Positions 1 to 14,726 of a DNA stretch of 32,000 nt are shown here, piece by piece. The position numbers were made by a program, and so were the translations under genes. Location of the stretch: positions 1,350,001-1,382,000 of the forward strand of contig NZ_CP015137.1 of the NCBI RefSeq assembly GCF_001644705.1. Reading direction: 5' to 3'. The notes below the pieces were generated by a model. It was not told the origin of the DNA, did no database searches, and was given only the letters and a program-made list of their open reading frames with translations. The stretch's first letter is position 1; each line of letters begins with the position of its first letter. The stretch is from Dickeya solani IPO 2222 (lineage in GTDB: Bacteria > Pseudomonadota > Gammaproteobacteria > Enterobacterales > Enterobacteriaceae).

Positions 1-1
1 T

Positions 2-897
2 CGCAAAGATATGGTCATTGCCGAAGTGCGTAACAGCGAAGTGCGCCGTCGCGTCACCGTGCTGCCGCAGGAAGTGGATTCGCTGGCTCAGCAGATTGCC
101 AGTCAGGGAGCGAGTGGTCCCGAGGTTAACCTGAGCCAGATTCTGATCCCACTGCCGGAAAACCCGACGCAGGATCAGGTCGACAAAGCGGAAAGTCTGG
201 CTAATCGTCTGGTGAAAGAAGCCTCACAGGGCGCCGACTTCGGCAAACTGGCTATCACCTACTCCGCCGATCCACAGGCGCTGAAAGGCGGGCAAATGGG
301 TTGGGGCCGTCCGCAGGAATTGCCGTCGCTGTTCGCCGAACGTCTGACCAATCCGCAGAAAGGCCAGGTTCTCGGGCCGATCCGCTCCGGCGTTGGTTTC
401 CATATTCTGCGCGTAAACGACACCCGTGGCAGCGATCAGTCCGTATCGGTGACCGAAGTACACGCCCGCCACATTCTGCTACGCACCTCGGTGGTCATGA
501 ACGATGCGCAGGCCAAAGCCAGACTGGAAGACATCGCCGGCCAGATCAAAAGCGGCAAGTTAAGCTTCGCTAACGCCGCCAAACAGCTGTCGCAGGATCC
601 GGGCACCGCCAATCAGGGCGGCGATCTGGGCTGGTCATCGCCGGACATGTATGACCCCTCATTCCGTGACGCGTTGACCCAATTGAAGAAAGGCGAAATC
701 AGCGCGCCGGTGCATTCCTCCTTCGGCTGGCATCTGATTCAGTTGCTGGATACCCGTCAGGTGGACAAGACCGACGCCGCTCAGAAAGATCGCGCCTATC
801 GCATGCTGTTTAACCGTAAATTCGCCGAGGAAGCACAAACCTGGATGCAGGAAAAACGCGCCGCGGCTTACGTGAAAATCCTGAATGGGCAGAACTG

Positions 898-898
<1 letters not shown>
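2..898 (+). CDS. surA: Periplasmic chaperone / parvulin-type peptidyl-prolyl isomerase SurA, C-terminal part (5' end lies upstream of the window)
   Basis: The frame is open from base 2 (RKD precedes the first Met at 11), so the gene begins before the window. The translation aligns with the C-terminal two thirds of E. coli SurA: [15 protein letters not shown], two parvulin segments ([21 protein letters not shown]) and the C-terminal AAYVKIL. Stop TGA 896-898 shares base 898 with the pdxA ATG, as in the surA-pdxA operon. Confidence 0.96.
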
Positions 899-1891
<993 letters not shown>

Positions 1892-1899
<8 letters not shown>

Positions 1900-2710
1900 T
1901 CGCGTCCATCAAGGCCACTTCGCCCGCAAGCGTTTCGGCCAAAATTTTCTTAACGATCAGTTTGTGATCGACAGTATTGTTTCCGCCATCCACCCGCAGC
2001 CAGGTCAGGCAATCGTGGAAATCGGCCCCGGTCTGGGGGCGCTCACCATCCCGGTCGGCGAGCGTATCGACAGCTTTACCGTGGTGGAGCTGGACCGCGA
2101 TCTGGCCGCCCGGCTGGAGGTTCACCCCACGCTCAAAGACAAGCTGACCATCATCCAGCAGGATGCGATGACGGTGGACTTCGCCGCGATGTCACAACAG
2201 GCGGGACAACCGCTGCGGGTTTTTGGTAACCTGCCGTATAATATTTCGACACCGCTGATGTTCCACCTGTTCAGCTATACTCAGGCTATTCGCGACATGC
2301 ACTTCATGTTGCAGAAAGAGGTGGTCAACCGGCTGGTGGCGGGGCCGGACAGCAAGGCTTATGGTCGTCTGAGCGTGATGGCGCAGTACTATTGTCGGGT
2401 CATTCCGGTGCTTGAAGTGCCGCCGACAGCCTTCAAACCGGCTCCTAAAGTGGACTCCGCAGTGGTGCGCCTGGTGCCGCACACCACGTCGCCTTATCCG
2501 GTGGTGGATACCCGCATTCTGGGCCGTGTTACCACGGAGGCCTTTAATCAGCGGCGCAAAACGCTGCGTAACAGTCTGGGCAACCTGTTCACGCCGGAGC
2601 AATTGACCGCGCTGGAAGTGGACCCGAACACCCGTGCGGAAAACGTCACCATTGCGCAATATTGCCGTCTGGCCGAATGGCTGACCGCACATCCCACATC
2701 GCAGGAATAA
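1892..2710 (+). CDS. rsmA: 16S rRNA (adenine1518/1519-N6)-dimethyltransferase
   Basis: [30 protein letters not shown] matches the E. coli KsgA/RsmA N-terminus. It has the SAM-binding [11 protein letters not shown] and the NLPYNIS motif. The track ORF begins at an upstream TTG (1880); I chose ATG 1892 by N-terminal alignment. Confidence 0.95.
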
Positions 2711-2725
2711 GCTGGAGTTGTCGTC

Positions 2726-3103
2726 ATGATGAACGCCCCCCGAGTGTGTATACAGGTTCAGAGCTTCTATGTTGAAGCGCAGTCCCAGCCAGAAGAAGGG
2801 CGTTTCGTCTTCGCTTATACCATCACTATCCGCAATCTGGGTCGTCATGACGTCAAACTGCTCAGCCGTTACTGGACGATTACCAACGGCAACGGCAAGC
2901 AAACCGAAGTACAGGGCGAAGGCGTGATTGGCCTTCAGCCCCTCATTCAGCCGGGCAACGAATTCCAGTACACCAGCGGCGCCATTCTGGAAACGCCGAT
3001 GGGCACCATGGAAGGCCATTACCAGATGATTGACCATCAGGGTGAAACATTTCAGGTCCCCATTACGGTATTCCGCCTGGCCATCCCCTCACTGATACAC
3101 TGA
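2726..3103 (+). CDS. apaG: ApaG (DUF525) protein
   Basis: 125 aa, same length as and collinear with E. coli ApaG ([34 protein letters not shown]). GGAG lies 9 nt upstream of the ATG. The position between rsmA and apaH is conserved. Confidence 0.95.
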   Translation: MMNAPRVCIQVQSFYVEAQSQPEEGRFVFAYTITIRNLGRHDVKLLSRYWTITNGNGKQTEVQGEGVIGLQPLIQPGNEFQYTSGAILETPMGTMEGHYQMIDHQGETFQVPITVFRLAIPSLIH

Positions 3104-3109
3104 AAGATT

Positions 3110-3952
3110 ATGGCTACCTACCTTGTTGGCGACGTTCACGGCTGCGCCGTCGAACTCAAAGCGCTGTTGGCGCAAGTCGCCTTTGACCCCGAGTATGACA
3201 CACTGTGGTTGACCGGCGATCTGGTCGCCCGCGGTCCCGATTCGCTGGAAGTGCTGCGCTATGTCCGTTCGCTGGGCGACGCGGTGCGCATGGTGCTCGG
3301 CAACCACGATTTGCATCTGCTGGCGGTGTACGCCGGCATCAGTCGCAACAAACCCAGGGATCGTCTGGACCCGCTGCTGTCGGCGCCGGATGCGGACAAC
3401 CTGATCAACTGGCTGCGCCGCCAGCCGCTGCTGCAGGTGGACGAAGAACGCAAACTGGTGATGACCCATGCCGGCATCACGCCACAGTGGGATCTGGACA
3501 CCGCCAAAATATGCGCGCGGGAAGTGGAAGCGATCCTCAGCAGCGATAGCTACCCGCTGTTTCTGGACGCGATGTACGGCGACATGCCAAACCACTGGAG
3601 CCCGGAACTGAGCGGGCTGGCGCGTCTGCGGTTCAGCACCAACGTCTTTACCCGCATGCGCTACTGCTTCTCCGGCGGTCAGCTCGACATGCTGTGCAAA
3701 GAGGCGCCGTCGCAGGCGCCGTCATTGCTGAAACCCTGGTTCGACCTGCCGGGACCGGTGCCAGCCGAATACGCCATCGCGTTCGGCCACTGGGCGTCGC
3801 TGGAAGGTAGAGGCACGCCGGAAGGCATCTACGCGCTGGATACCGGTTGCTGCTGGGGCGGTGCGCTCACCTGCCTGCGCTGGGAAGACCAGCGCTACTT
3901 CACCCAACCGTCGCTGATAGCCCCGGAGACCGACGCCGCCTCCGCTATCTGA
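3110..3952 (+). CDS. apaH: Bis(5'-nucleosyl)-tetraphosphatase, symmetrical (Ap4A hydrolase)
   Basis: 280 aa with metallophosphatase motifs [14 protein letters not shown] and GNHD. It is collinear with E. coli ApaH and starts 6 nt after the apaG stop. Confidence 0.96.
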   Translation: MATYLVGDVHGCAVELKALLAQVAFDPEYDTLWLTGDLVARGPDSLEVLRYVRSLGDAVRMVLGNHDLHLLAVYAGISRNKPRDRLDPLLSAPDADNLINWLRRQPLLQVDEERKLVMTHAGITPQWDLDTAKICAREVEAILSSDSYPLFLDAMYGDMPNHWSPELSGLARLRFSTNVFTRMRYCFSGGQLDMLCKEAPSQAPSLLKPWFDLPGPVPAEYAIAFGHWASLEGRGTPEGIYALDTGCCWGGALTCLRWEDQRYFTQPSLIAPETDAASAI

Positions 3953-4030
3953 TGTCGCCAGCGGCAGCGCTGGTCAACTCGCCCGCCAGTGTCCCATTAG
4001 GTTTATGGATACACCCAACTAACAAAAGAA

Positions 4031-4053
4031 AAACCCGCTCGGTGAGCGGGTTT
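4031..4053. terminator. Bidirectional intrinsic terminator between convergent apaH and folA
   Basis: A perfect 10-bp stem, AAACCCGCTC (4031-4040) / GAGCGGGTTT (4044-4053), closes a 3-nt loop. It is preceded by an A-rich run and ends in TTT, so it can give a U-tract on either strand. Confidence 0.7.
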
Positions 4054-4075
4054 GAGATCGGTAAATCAGCGGTAA

Positions 4076-4558
4076 TCAGCGACGTTCGAGGATCTCGAAA
4101 CAATAACTGTGGGAGTTTTGTTCGTCCGCGTCATGAAACTCGCTGAAAGTGGACACCCACTCGTCTGGCTCGTAATCCGGAAAATGGGTATCGCCTTCCA
4201 CCTCGGCGTCGATGTGGGTCAGATAGAGACGGCCGGCTTGCGACAACATTTGCTGATAGATACTGCCGCCGCCGATCACCATGACTTCGTCTACCTCGCC
4301 AGCCGCCGCCAGCGCCGCTTCCGGCGAAGCCACCCAGGTTACGCTGTCATCGTCGCCCGGCTGGCTGCTCACCACAATATTCAACCGCCCCGGCAACGGC
4401 CGACCGATGGAGCGGAACGTGTTGCGCCCCATAATCACGGGCTTGCTGAGCGTATTGCGCTTAAACCACGCCAGATCGGCCGGCAAATGCCACGGCATGG
4501 CGTTCTCCATACCGATCACACGATCCACTGCCAATGCGGCAATCAAACTAATCACCAT
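4076..4558 (-). CDS. folA: Dihydrofolate reductase
   Basis: 160 aa. [37 protein letters not shown] and a C-terminal YCFEILERR match E. coli FolA almost position for position. Confidence 0.97.
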   Translation of the reverse strand: MVISLIAALAVDRVIGMENAMPWHLPADLAWFKRNTLSKPVIMGRNTFRSIGRPLPGRLNIVVSSQPGDDDSVTWVASPEAALAAAGEVDEVMVIGGGSIYQQMLSQAGRLYLTHIDAEVEGDTHFPDYEPDEWVSTFSEFHDADEQNSHSYCFEILERR

Positions 4559-4665
4559 GGTAAAACCCTGCAGGCTACAAAATTGGTGCCACTATACGGA
4601 AAGCCCATTGATGCGTCGATATGATTACCGGGTCAGTGCTCAATATTTAAGAGAACACTGAATCC

Positions 4666-5136
4666 TTATACTCCCGGCCGTTTACGGTAAATCCAGATCC
4701 CCGGCAACGACAGCCCAATGGAGAGCGCGCCGACGATAAAACTGGCCTTCAGGAAGTTGGTGATCAGCATTTGCATCAGCGCTTCGCTGTACCCCTGATG
4801 AGAAAGCTGCACCACCGAAATCATCGCAGTGTAGGCTGAAATACCGGGGAACATCGGGATCACCGCCGCAACGGTAAACACCTTGGGATGCGCCAGAAAC
4901 CAGCGGGACCAGCGAATACCGATGATGCCTACCATGATCGACGCCACGAAGGTCGCCCATTCGATGGGGATACCGAAGTGAATCATCAGAAAACGCGCGC
5001 TGTGCCCCAACCCGCCCAGCAACGCGCAATAAGGCAATGCCTTCACCGGCACGTTAAATACCATGGCGAACCCCACCGCCGGCACCGCCGCCAGCACCAT
5101 GTCCTGAATCAACGCCCAAATCAGTTCAATGACCAT
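4666..5136 (-). CDS. yjjB: Threonine/serine-exporter-family inner membrane protein YjjB (small subunit of YjjPB)
   Basis: Collinear with E. coli YjjB (..IE....[44 protein letters not shown]-terminal YRKRP.V). The track ORF starts at 5214; I chose ATG 5136 because it gives 156 aa against 157 in E. coli. ATG 5151 is also possible. The start overlaps the yjjP 3' end by 16 nt. Confidence 0.85.
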   Translation of the reverse strand: MVIELIWALIQDMVLAAVPAVGFAMVFNVPVKALPYCALLGGLGHSARFLMIHFGIPIEWATFVASIMVGIIGIRWSRWFLAHPKVFTVAAVIPMFPGISAYTAMISVVQLSHQGYSEALMQMLITNFLKASFIVGALSIGLSLPGIWIYRKRPGV

Positions 5137-5903
5137 CCGTGCAGCCCCCATATCGCCATTGCCGTTACCACGCCAATACAGGTCGCCAGCGTCAGCAGGC
5201 TGGCCATCGTCCAACGTGCCAGGCCGGTGTTGACATGGCCTTTGAACATATCCGCCACCGCATTGATCAGCGGGAAGCCGGGCACCAGCAGCAGCACGCT
5301 GGCAGCCATCGCCACGGAGGAGCTGTGTTCCAGACCGGGCACTCGCATCAGCAGCCCGGACGCCGACGTCGCCACAAAGGCGGTGATACAGAAGTTAATC
5401 AACGGATTGAGATGCCGGGCGGTCAGCACCTGCCGCACATACATCGCCATACCGCTGGCAAGCAACGTGACCAGAAACGCATCCCAGCCGCCGCCGTTCA
5501 GACGGCTGAAACAGCCGCACGACAGCGCCACAGTCGTCACCATCAGCCAGCGCGGATAACGCAACGGTTTGATATGACTGAAACGCTTTGCCACCCCGTC
5601 CACATCCAGCAGCTTATGTTCAGCCATGATCACCACATGCTGCACTTCGGTCACCACGTGCATATTGATGCCGCGATCCACATTTTTACGGGTGGATGTC
5701 AGGCAATGCCCTTGCATGATAGTGGTCAGCACAATCGCATTAGCCGAAATCGAGCTTTCCACACTGTCCATCCCCAGCGCAACGCCGAGCCGCGATGACA
5801 ACTGCTCGACCAACATACTTTCCGCGCCATGCTGCAACAGCAACAGCGCACACTGAATACACAGCCGGGTGATATCCCGCTGCTGTGTGGTTTCATTTAC
5901 CAT
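5121..5903 (-). CDS. yjjP: ThrE-family inner membrane protein YjjP (large subunit of YjjPB exporter)
   Basis: 260 aa, full-length collinear match to E. coli YjjP ([67 protein letters not shown]). Confidence 0.9.
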   Translation of the reverse strand: MVNETTQQRDITRLCIQCALLLLQHGAESMLVEQLSSRLGVALGMDSVESSISANAIVLTTIMQGHCLTSTRKNVDRGINMHVVTEVQHVVIMAEHKLLDVDGVAKRFSHIKPLRYPRWLMVTTVALSCGCFSRLNGGGWDAFLVTLLASGMAMYVRQVLTARHLNPLINFCITAFVATSASGLLMRVPGLEHSSSVAMAASVLLLVPGFPLINAVADMFKGHVNTGLARWTMASLLTLATCIGVVTAMAIWGLHGWSLN

Positions 5904-6064
5904 GTTACGTTCCCGTCCCCTGCCTTGAATGCAACCACTATAAGCGCGGTTTTTATAAGTTTATTAACATTTCAAATCGATGATTGATAGTGCGAAAAAA
6001 TGCCACCGGCGGTATTATGCCCACCTTTTTCCGTCGGTTCCTTGATTGTCATTCTGAATCTATC

Positions 6065-6679
6065 ATGCTTGAAACCTCTTTATTCGTTGCGACCATCGCC
6101 GCGCTGGGGATGATCTCCCCCGGTCCAGACTTCTTTTTGGTGATCAAAAACGCGGTCCGCTACCCGCGGCTGGCCGCTATGATGACCGCTGTCGGCGTCA
6201 TTGCCGGCGTCGCCACCCACATGGCCTACTGTGTCGCCGGGCTGGCGGTGGTCATCACCACCACGCCCTGGCTGTTCAACCTATTGAAATACGTCGGCGC
6301 CGCCTACCTGATCTGGCTGGGTATTCAGGCATTACGCTCGCGCGGCGGCAACACGCTGGATCTGTCCGGTCTGGCACCGCAGCGCGTCGGGCTGCGGAAA
6401 GCCTTCATTCAGGGCTACCTCTGCAACCTGCTGAACCCGAAAGCCACGCTGTTTTTCCTGGCGGTATTTACCCAGGTGTTGAGCCTGAATTCTAGCTTCG
6501 GTGAAAAACTGTGGTACGCCGGGATCATCTGGGGACTGACGCTGATTTGGTGGCCGTTGCTGGTTATCCTGATCCAGAGCGAACCAGTACGTCGCGGCCT
6601 GACCAAAGCCCAGAAACTGATCGACAAGCTGCTTGGCGGCGTGTTGATCACCCTCGGTATCAAAGTCGCCTTAAGCTAG
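6065..6679 (+). CDS. LysE/RhtB-family amino-acid (or related small-molecule) exporter
   Basis: 204 aa from ATG 6065. It has the N-terminal TM helix followed by SPGPDF, and NLLNPKATLFFLAVF in the middle, which are the hallmark LysE/RhtB motifs, with about 6 hydrophobic segments. The track ORF starts at 5984; an N-terminus beginning MLETSLF fits the family architecture. No strong SD is present, so the start is uncertain. The substrate cannot be inferred. Confidence 0.8.
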   Translation: MLETSLFVATIAALGMISPGPDFFLVIKNAVRYPRLAAMMTAVGVIAGVATHMAYCVAGLAVVITTTPWLFNLLKYVGAAYLIWLGIQALRSRGGNTLDLSGLAPQRVGLRKAFIQGYLCNLLNPKATLFFLAVFTQVLSLNSSFGEKLWYAGIIWGLTLIWWPLLVILIQSEPVRRGLTKAQKLIDKLLGGVLITLGIKVALS

Positions 6680-6700
6680 ACATCCCCCCAGATACGGGCG

Positions 6701-6733
6701 AAAAAAAACCGGCCAGATTTGACTGACCGGTTT
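6701..6733 (-). terminator. Intrinsic terminator serving carB (U-tract on the minus strand)
   Basis: The stem AACCGGCCAG (6707-6716) / CTGACCGGTT (6723-6732) has one mismatch and a 6-nt loop. The A8 run at 6701-6708 becomes U8 after the hairpin on the minus-strand transcript. Confidence 0.65.
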
Positions 6734-6744
6734 ACCTCTCGCTG

Positions 6745-6773
6745 AACCGTGCCGGAACCGGCACGGTTTTTTT
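6745..6773 (+). terminator. Intrinsic terminator serving the LysE-family gene (U-tract on the plus strand)
   Basis: Perfect inverted repeat AACCGTGCCGG (6745-6755) / CCGGCACGGTT (6758-6768), followed by a T-run to 6773. It lies only 5 nt beyond the carB stop codon but has no U-tract in the carB direction. Confidence 0.7.
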
Positions 6774-6778
6774 ACCCA

Positions 6779-10003
<3,225 letters not shown>

Positions 10004-10090
10004 TTTTCGCTCCTGCGAACCCGTTTACTCACCGCCGCGTCGGCGCTTTCGCCATGTTCTTTTATCGCAGCGTGACTAAACGGATTCTGA

Positions 10091-11239
10091 TTATTTGGTA
10101 TGACTACGGTAAGACTCAATCAGCTCGATGAAGTGATCGAACAGCGGCGCGGCGTCATGCGGGCCGGGGCTGGCTTCCGGGTGCCCCTGGAAACTGAACG
10201 CTGCTTTATCGGTGCGATGAATGCCCTGCAGCGAACCGTCGAACAGCGACTTGTGCGTCGTGCGCAGCGTGGCGGGTAGAGACGTCTCGTCTACCGCAAA
10301 CCCGTGGTTTTGCGCGGTGATCATCACCCGGTTGCCGTCCAGATCTTTGACCGGATGGTTGCCGCCGTGGTGGCCGAATTTCATCTTGATGGTTTTCGCG
10401 CCACTGGCCAGCGCCAGCAACTGGTGGCCCAGACAGATACCGAACACCGGAATCTCGGTTTCCAGGAAGGTTTTGATCGCGCGGATGGCGTAATCGCACG
10501 GCTCCGGATCGCCAGGGCCGTTGGACAGGAAAATGCCGTCCGGATTGAGTTTCAGCACCTCTTCCGCCGGGGTTTGCGCCGGCACTACCGTCAGGCGGCA
10601 GCCGCGATCCACCAGCATGCGCAGGATATTGCGCTTCACGCCATAATCGTACGCCACCACGTGGTACGGCAGTTCACCCTCTTCTTTCGCCGTCGGCAGT
10701 TCGCCTTCCAGCGTCCAGCTGCCCTGTAACCAGCTATAGCTGGAGCGGGTGGTGACTTCTTTCGCCAGATCCATGCCTTTCAGGCCGGGGAACGCTTTGG
10801 CTTTTTCCAGCGCCAGCGCCGCATCCGGCGCATCGCCCGCGATAATGCAGCCATTCTGCGCACCTTTTTCACGCAGTAGCCGCGTCAGTTTGCGGGTGTC
10901 GATGTCCGCAATCGCCACGATGTTGTTGCGCTTGAGGTAATCAGACAGGCTTTCTTCGCTGCGGTAGTTGCTGGCAATCAGGGGTAAATCGCGGATGACC
11001 AGGCCCTGAGCATGAACGGCGGGGGATTCTTCATCGGCTTTATTGGCGCCGACATTACCGATATGGGGATAAGTAAGAGTGACAATCTGGCGGGAATAGG
11101 AAGGATCAGTGAGGATTTCTTGATAACCGGTCATTGACGTATTGAAAACCACTTCCCCCACTGCCGTTCCCTCTGCCCCGATGGCCCGACCGTGGAATTG
11201 GGTTCCGTCTTCCAGAACCAATAGCGCTGACTTAATCAA
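10091..11239 (-). CDS. carA: Carbamoyl-phosphate synthase, small (glutaminase) subunit; TTG start
   Basis: 382 aa from TTG 11239-11237. The N-terminus (M)[21 protein letters not shown] matches E. coli CarA exactly in register. It has the catalytic GICLGHQ and HGGNHPV. GGAGGG (11244-11249) sits 4 nt (TGTT) upstream of the TTG. The upstream ATG at 11266 used by the track ORF lies inside the ARG-box operator and has no SD. E. coli carA is known for an atypical start codon. Confidence 0.93.
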   Translation of the reverse strand: MIKSALLVLEDGTQFHGRAIGAEGTAVGEVVFNTSMTGYQEILTDPSYSRQIVTLTYPHIGNVGANKADEESPAVHAQGLVIRDLPLIASNYRSEESLSDYLKRNNIVAIADIDTRKLTRLLREKGAQNGCIIAGDAPDAALALEKAKAFPGLKGMDLAKEVTTRSSYSWLQGSWTLEGELPTAKEEGELPYHVVAYDYGVKRNILRMLVDRGCRLTVVPAQTPAEEVLKLNPDGIFLSNGPGDPEPCDYAIRAIKTFLETEIPVFGICLGHQLLALASGAKTIKMKFGHHGGNHPVKDLDGNRVMITAQNHGFAVDETSLPATLRTTHKSLFDGSLQGIHRTDKAAFSFQGHPEASPGPHDAAPLFDHFIELIESYRSHTK

Positions 11240-11249
11240 AACACCCTCC

Positions 11250-11288
11250 AAGGAATAAAAAATCATGTTATTTGCATATTAATTCAGA
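11250..11288 (-). promoter_or_regulatory. Two tandem ARG boxes (ArgR operator) overlapping the carA-proximal promoter (P2)
   Basis: Read on the minus strand: TCTGAATTAATATGCAAA (11288-11271), a 3-bp spacer, then CATGATTTTTTATTCCTT (11267-11250). Against the core TGAAT-wwww-ATTCA, box 1 has 1 mismatch and box 2 has 2. The 18+3+18 bp geometry and the position just upstream of the SD mirror the E. coli carAB P2 operator. Confidence 0.6.
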
Positions 11289-11349
11289 TTTGACGTACTA
11301 AATCAATGCAAAAACCACCTGTAAGGCAAATTTTCGGCAAATTGCGCGC

Positions 11350-11378
11350 ATTTTAATGAGGCCCCTGACCGTTGTCTA
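11350..11378 (-). promoter_or_regulatory. Candidate carAB distal promoter (P1-like sigma70 promoter)
   Basis: On the minus strand: TAGACA (11378-11373), a 17-nt spacer, then TAAAAT (11355-11350). This is followed by GCGCGCAATTTGCCGAAAATTTGCC, so a T3 tract lies at the expected initially transcribed position. That tract recalls the UTP-sensitive reiterative-transcription site of E. coli carAB P1. The assignment is by sequence pattern only. Confidence 0.4.
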
Positions 11379-11632
11379 GCCAAACCGGATTTTTTTTCAC
11401 TATTTTATGGCTTCAGGAAGTAATACGCGGCCATACCCGCAAAAACACACATCAACTATCGAAAGTAAACGGTTGCTAACGTCAGTGAGTGATGGAATGA
11501 TTAAAATCACGCCAAAAACGACAAACGGAATCGTAAATGGCTAACGCACAGATGAGAAAAAGACAGATAACAGCAATAAAAAAATAGTTTGATGAATATT
11601 TTAGATGAAACCAATATTTTTCGCACAAAAAT

Positions 11633-11656
11633 AATGGCGCTGAGTTTAGCGCCATT
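11633..11656 (-). terminator. Intrinsic terminator of dapB
   Basis: A perfect 9-bp stem, AATGGCGCT (11633-11641) / AGCGCCATT (11648-11656), with a 6-nt loop. On the minus strand the hairpin is followed by ATTTTTGTG. It lies 38 nt downstream of the dapB stop. Confidence 0.7.
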
Positions 11657-11693
11657 AAAATCAATAGATTAAGAACAGAAAAATACTTCCCGT

Positions 11694-12551
<858 letters not shown>

Positions 12552-12785
12552 TTATCAGGTTAACCAGCCCGGCCAAGGGCCGCCAGCCTAAAACGCCGAT
12601 AATTAGAAATTTACGACAAAACGGCGGGGATATCAGTAAAAGCTATCAATTAGCCAGAGCCTCGCGGCAGCCGCGGTTATCCGCCGCCAGAGGATTAAAC
12701 GGTACTCACAAGTATTCATACCGTCAGCACTTATTCATATCGATGGCGTAGCCCCGGCAGCGATGGCGCATCATGACAAGACAGC

Positions 12786-13703
12786 TTAAGGCGCCAGCGC
12801 CAACACCTGCGCCACCCAAGCGCGGAAACCGTCCACATTCAGCGCTAACGCCACCTGCGCATTGGCCGGGCGGTTCAGATGATGGTGAAGATCCACCACC
12901 GTTGTACCCGCGGTATACTCGCCCCGGGTTTCCACCGCCACAAAGCAGTGCTTCAGAGTAAACAACGCCGGTTGTACCAGATAAGCAATAGCGCATAGAT
13001 CATGCATACGCAAACCGGTCGCCATGCTGCCGCTGCGGTAATGACTGAACAACGCATGAAGCATGGCGCCCGTTCGGTTAAGCCCCGGCAACGTTTCCAG
13101 ATAATCCGGCGCCAGCACCGCGTTATTGGTAACGTCCAGACCACACATCACGATGTCGATTCCGCTGTCGAACACCCGCGCCGCCGCTTCCGGATCAATC
13201 GCGATATTGAATTCCGCATTCGGCGTAAAGTTGCCGCGCCCTGACGAACCGCCCATCATCACCAGACGCTTAATGCTGTTTTTACATTGCGGGTATTGGG
13301 TCAACAGCAACGCAATATTGGTGAGCGGCCCGATGGTGACTAACGTCACCGGCTCGGAGCTGCGGCTCAGGCATTGATACATCGCCTGCACGGCGGGCTT
13401 TTCCAGCGCTACCCGGTCATGCGCCACAAAGTCATACCCCGCCATCCCGGACTCGCCGTGGACGTAGGCCGCGTCACGCAACGCGCGCGCCAGCGGCGTC
13501 GCCGCGCCTTGCGCGACCGGCACCGTCGAGCCCCAAAAATGCAGCAGTTGCAGCGCGTTGCGGGTGGTTTTTTCCACATCCACATTTCCCGCCACCGTGG
13601 TGATGAGTTTCAGCTCCAGTTCAGGAGCGAACAAGGCGGCGGCGATAGCAACGGCATCGTCAATGCCCGGGTCGGTATCCAGAATAATCGGGATTCGGTT
13701 CAT
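12786..13703 (-). CDS. rihC: Non-specific ribonucleoside hydrolase
   Basis: 305 aa from ATG 13703 with the N-terminal nucleoside-hydrolase fingerprint [17 protein letters not shown]. It is collinear with E. coli RihC (304 aa) and in the conserved slot between ispH and dapB. GGGAGA lies 6 nt upstream of ATG 13703. The track ORF start at 13757 adds 18 unsupported residues. Confidence 0.9.
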   Translation of the reverse strand: MNRIPIILDTDPGIDDAVAIAAALFAPELELKLITTVAGNVDVEKTTRNALQLLHFWGSTVPVAQGAATPLARALRDAAYVHGESGMAGYDFVAHDRVALEKPAVQAMYQCLSRSSEPVTLVTIGPLTNIALLLTQYPQCKNSIKRLVMMGGSSGRGNFTPNAEFNIAIDPEAAARVFDSGIDIVMCGLDVTNNAVLAPDYLETLPGLNRTGAMLHALFSHYRSGSMATGLRMHDLCAIAYLVQPALFTLKHCFVAVETRGEYTAGTTVVDLHHHLNRPANAQVALALNVDGFRAWVAQVLALAP

Positions 13704-13775
13704 GATCTTTCTCCCAAAAAAATGCCAGGCGATTTTCATCGTCTGGCATCTTCCCACAATGACAAGGCGAACGTG

Positions 13776-14726
13776 TTATTCCACTTCACGAACGTCCATA
13801 CGCAGTTCCTTCGGCACTTCAAACACGATGTTCTCTTCGCGCCCCTGCATCTCCATCGCGATCTCTCCGCCCATGTTCTGCAGGCGTTTGATCACCTGCT
13901 GAACCAGCACATCCGGCGCAGAAGCCCCCGCCGTCACCCCGACACAGGCGACATTCTTCAGCCATTTCTCCTGAATATCATCAGCAGAATCAATCAGGTA
14001 AGACGGTTTACCGACGCGCTGCGCCAGCTCGGCCAGGCGATTGGAATTGGACGAGTTTCTCGAACCGACCACCAGTACCACGCTGGCTTCCGCCGCCAGA
14101 TTACGCACCGCTTCCTGACGGTTGGTGGTGGCGTAGCAAATATCATCCTTGCGCGGCCCGACAATCAGCGGGAAACGCGCCCGCAGTGCATCGATCACCG
14201 CCGAGGTATCGTCCACCGACAAGGTGGTCTGGGTCATGAAACAGAGATTGGATTCGTCTTTCACCCGCAACGCCCAGACATCCTCGGGACCTTCCACCAG
14301 ATACATGCCGCCGTTCGGGTTGTTGTACTGACCCATCGTGCCTTCCACTTCGGGATGCCCGGCATGGCCGATCAGGATCGCTTCCGTTCCCTTGCGGCTG
14401 GCGCGCGCCACTTCCATATGCACTTTGGTCACCAGCGGACAGGTGGCATCGAAGACGGTCAGCTCCCGGCTTTTGGCTTCCGCCCTCACCGCCTGCGATA
14501 CGCCGTGAGCGGAAAAAATCAGAATGGCGCCATCCGGCACGTCTTCGATTTGCTCGATGAAGATGGCGCCGCGCTCGCGCAACCCTTCCACCACATAGCG
14601 GTTATGCACCACTTCATGACGGACGTAAATCGGCGCGCCGTAGACTTCCAGCGCCCGCTCGACAATGCTGATGGCGCGGTCGACGCCAGCGCAAAATCCA
14701 CGCGGATTAGCCAGCAGGATTTTCAT
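13776..14726 (-). CDS. ispH: 4-hydroxy-3-methylbut-2-enyl diphosphate reductase
   Basis: 316 aa from ATG 14726, the same length as E. coli Isp[36 protein letters not shown] and TCPLVTKVH are present. GGAGG lies 6 nt upstream of the ATG. The start overlaps the fkpB 3' end by 20 nt. Confidence 0.95.
   Translation of the reverse strand: MKILLANPRGFCAGVDRAISIVERALEVYGAPIYVRHEVVHNRYVVEGLRERGAIFIEQIEDVPDGAILIFSAHGVSQAVRAEAKSRELTVFDATCPLVTKVHMEVARASRKGTEAILIGHAGHPEVEGTMGQYNNPNGGMYLVEGPEDVWALRVKDESNLCFMTQTTLSVDDTSAVIDALRARFPLIVGPRKDDICYATTNRQEAVRNLAAEASVVLVVGSRNSSNSNRLAELAQRVGKPSYLIDSADDIQEKWLKNVACVGVTAGASAPDVLVQQVIKRLQNMGGEIAMEMQGREENIVFEVPKELRMDVREVE

Noticed and set aside
2192-3037. A 281-aa minus-strand ORF spanning rsmA and apaG.
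   Set aside because: It is codon-aligned antisense to both genes (offsets 300 and 534) and has no independent support.
11482-11664. A 60-aa hydrophobic ORF (FFIAVICLFLICALAIY) in the AT-rich dapB-carA intergenic region, considered as a possible small membrane protein or type I toxin.
   Set aside because: Its TTG start and first ATG lie inside the dapB terminator hairpin (11633-11656), and it has no SD. AT-rich sequence readily yields Phe/Ile/Leu-rich frames by chance. This region is the known multi-factor carAB upstream control region in E. coli. Only conservation analysis or ribosome profiling could revive it.
12724-12996. A 90-aa minus-strand ORF overlapping the rihC 3' end and extending into the dapB-rihC spacer.
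   Set aside because: It is out of frame with and overlaps well-supported rihC. Its G/P/R-rich composition is typical of off-frame GC-rich sequence.
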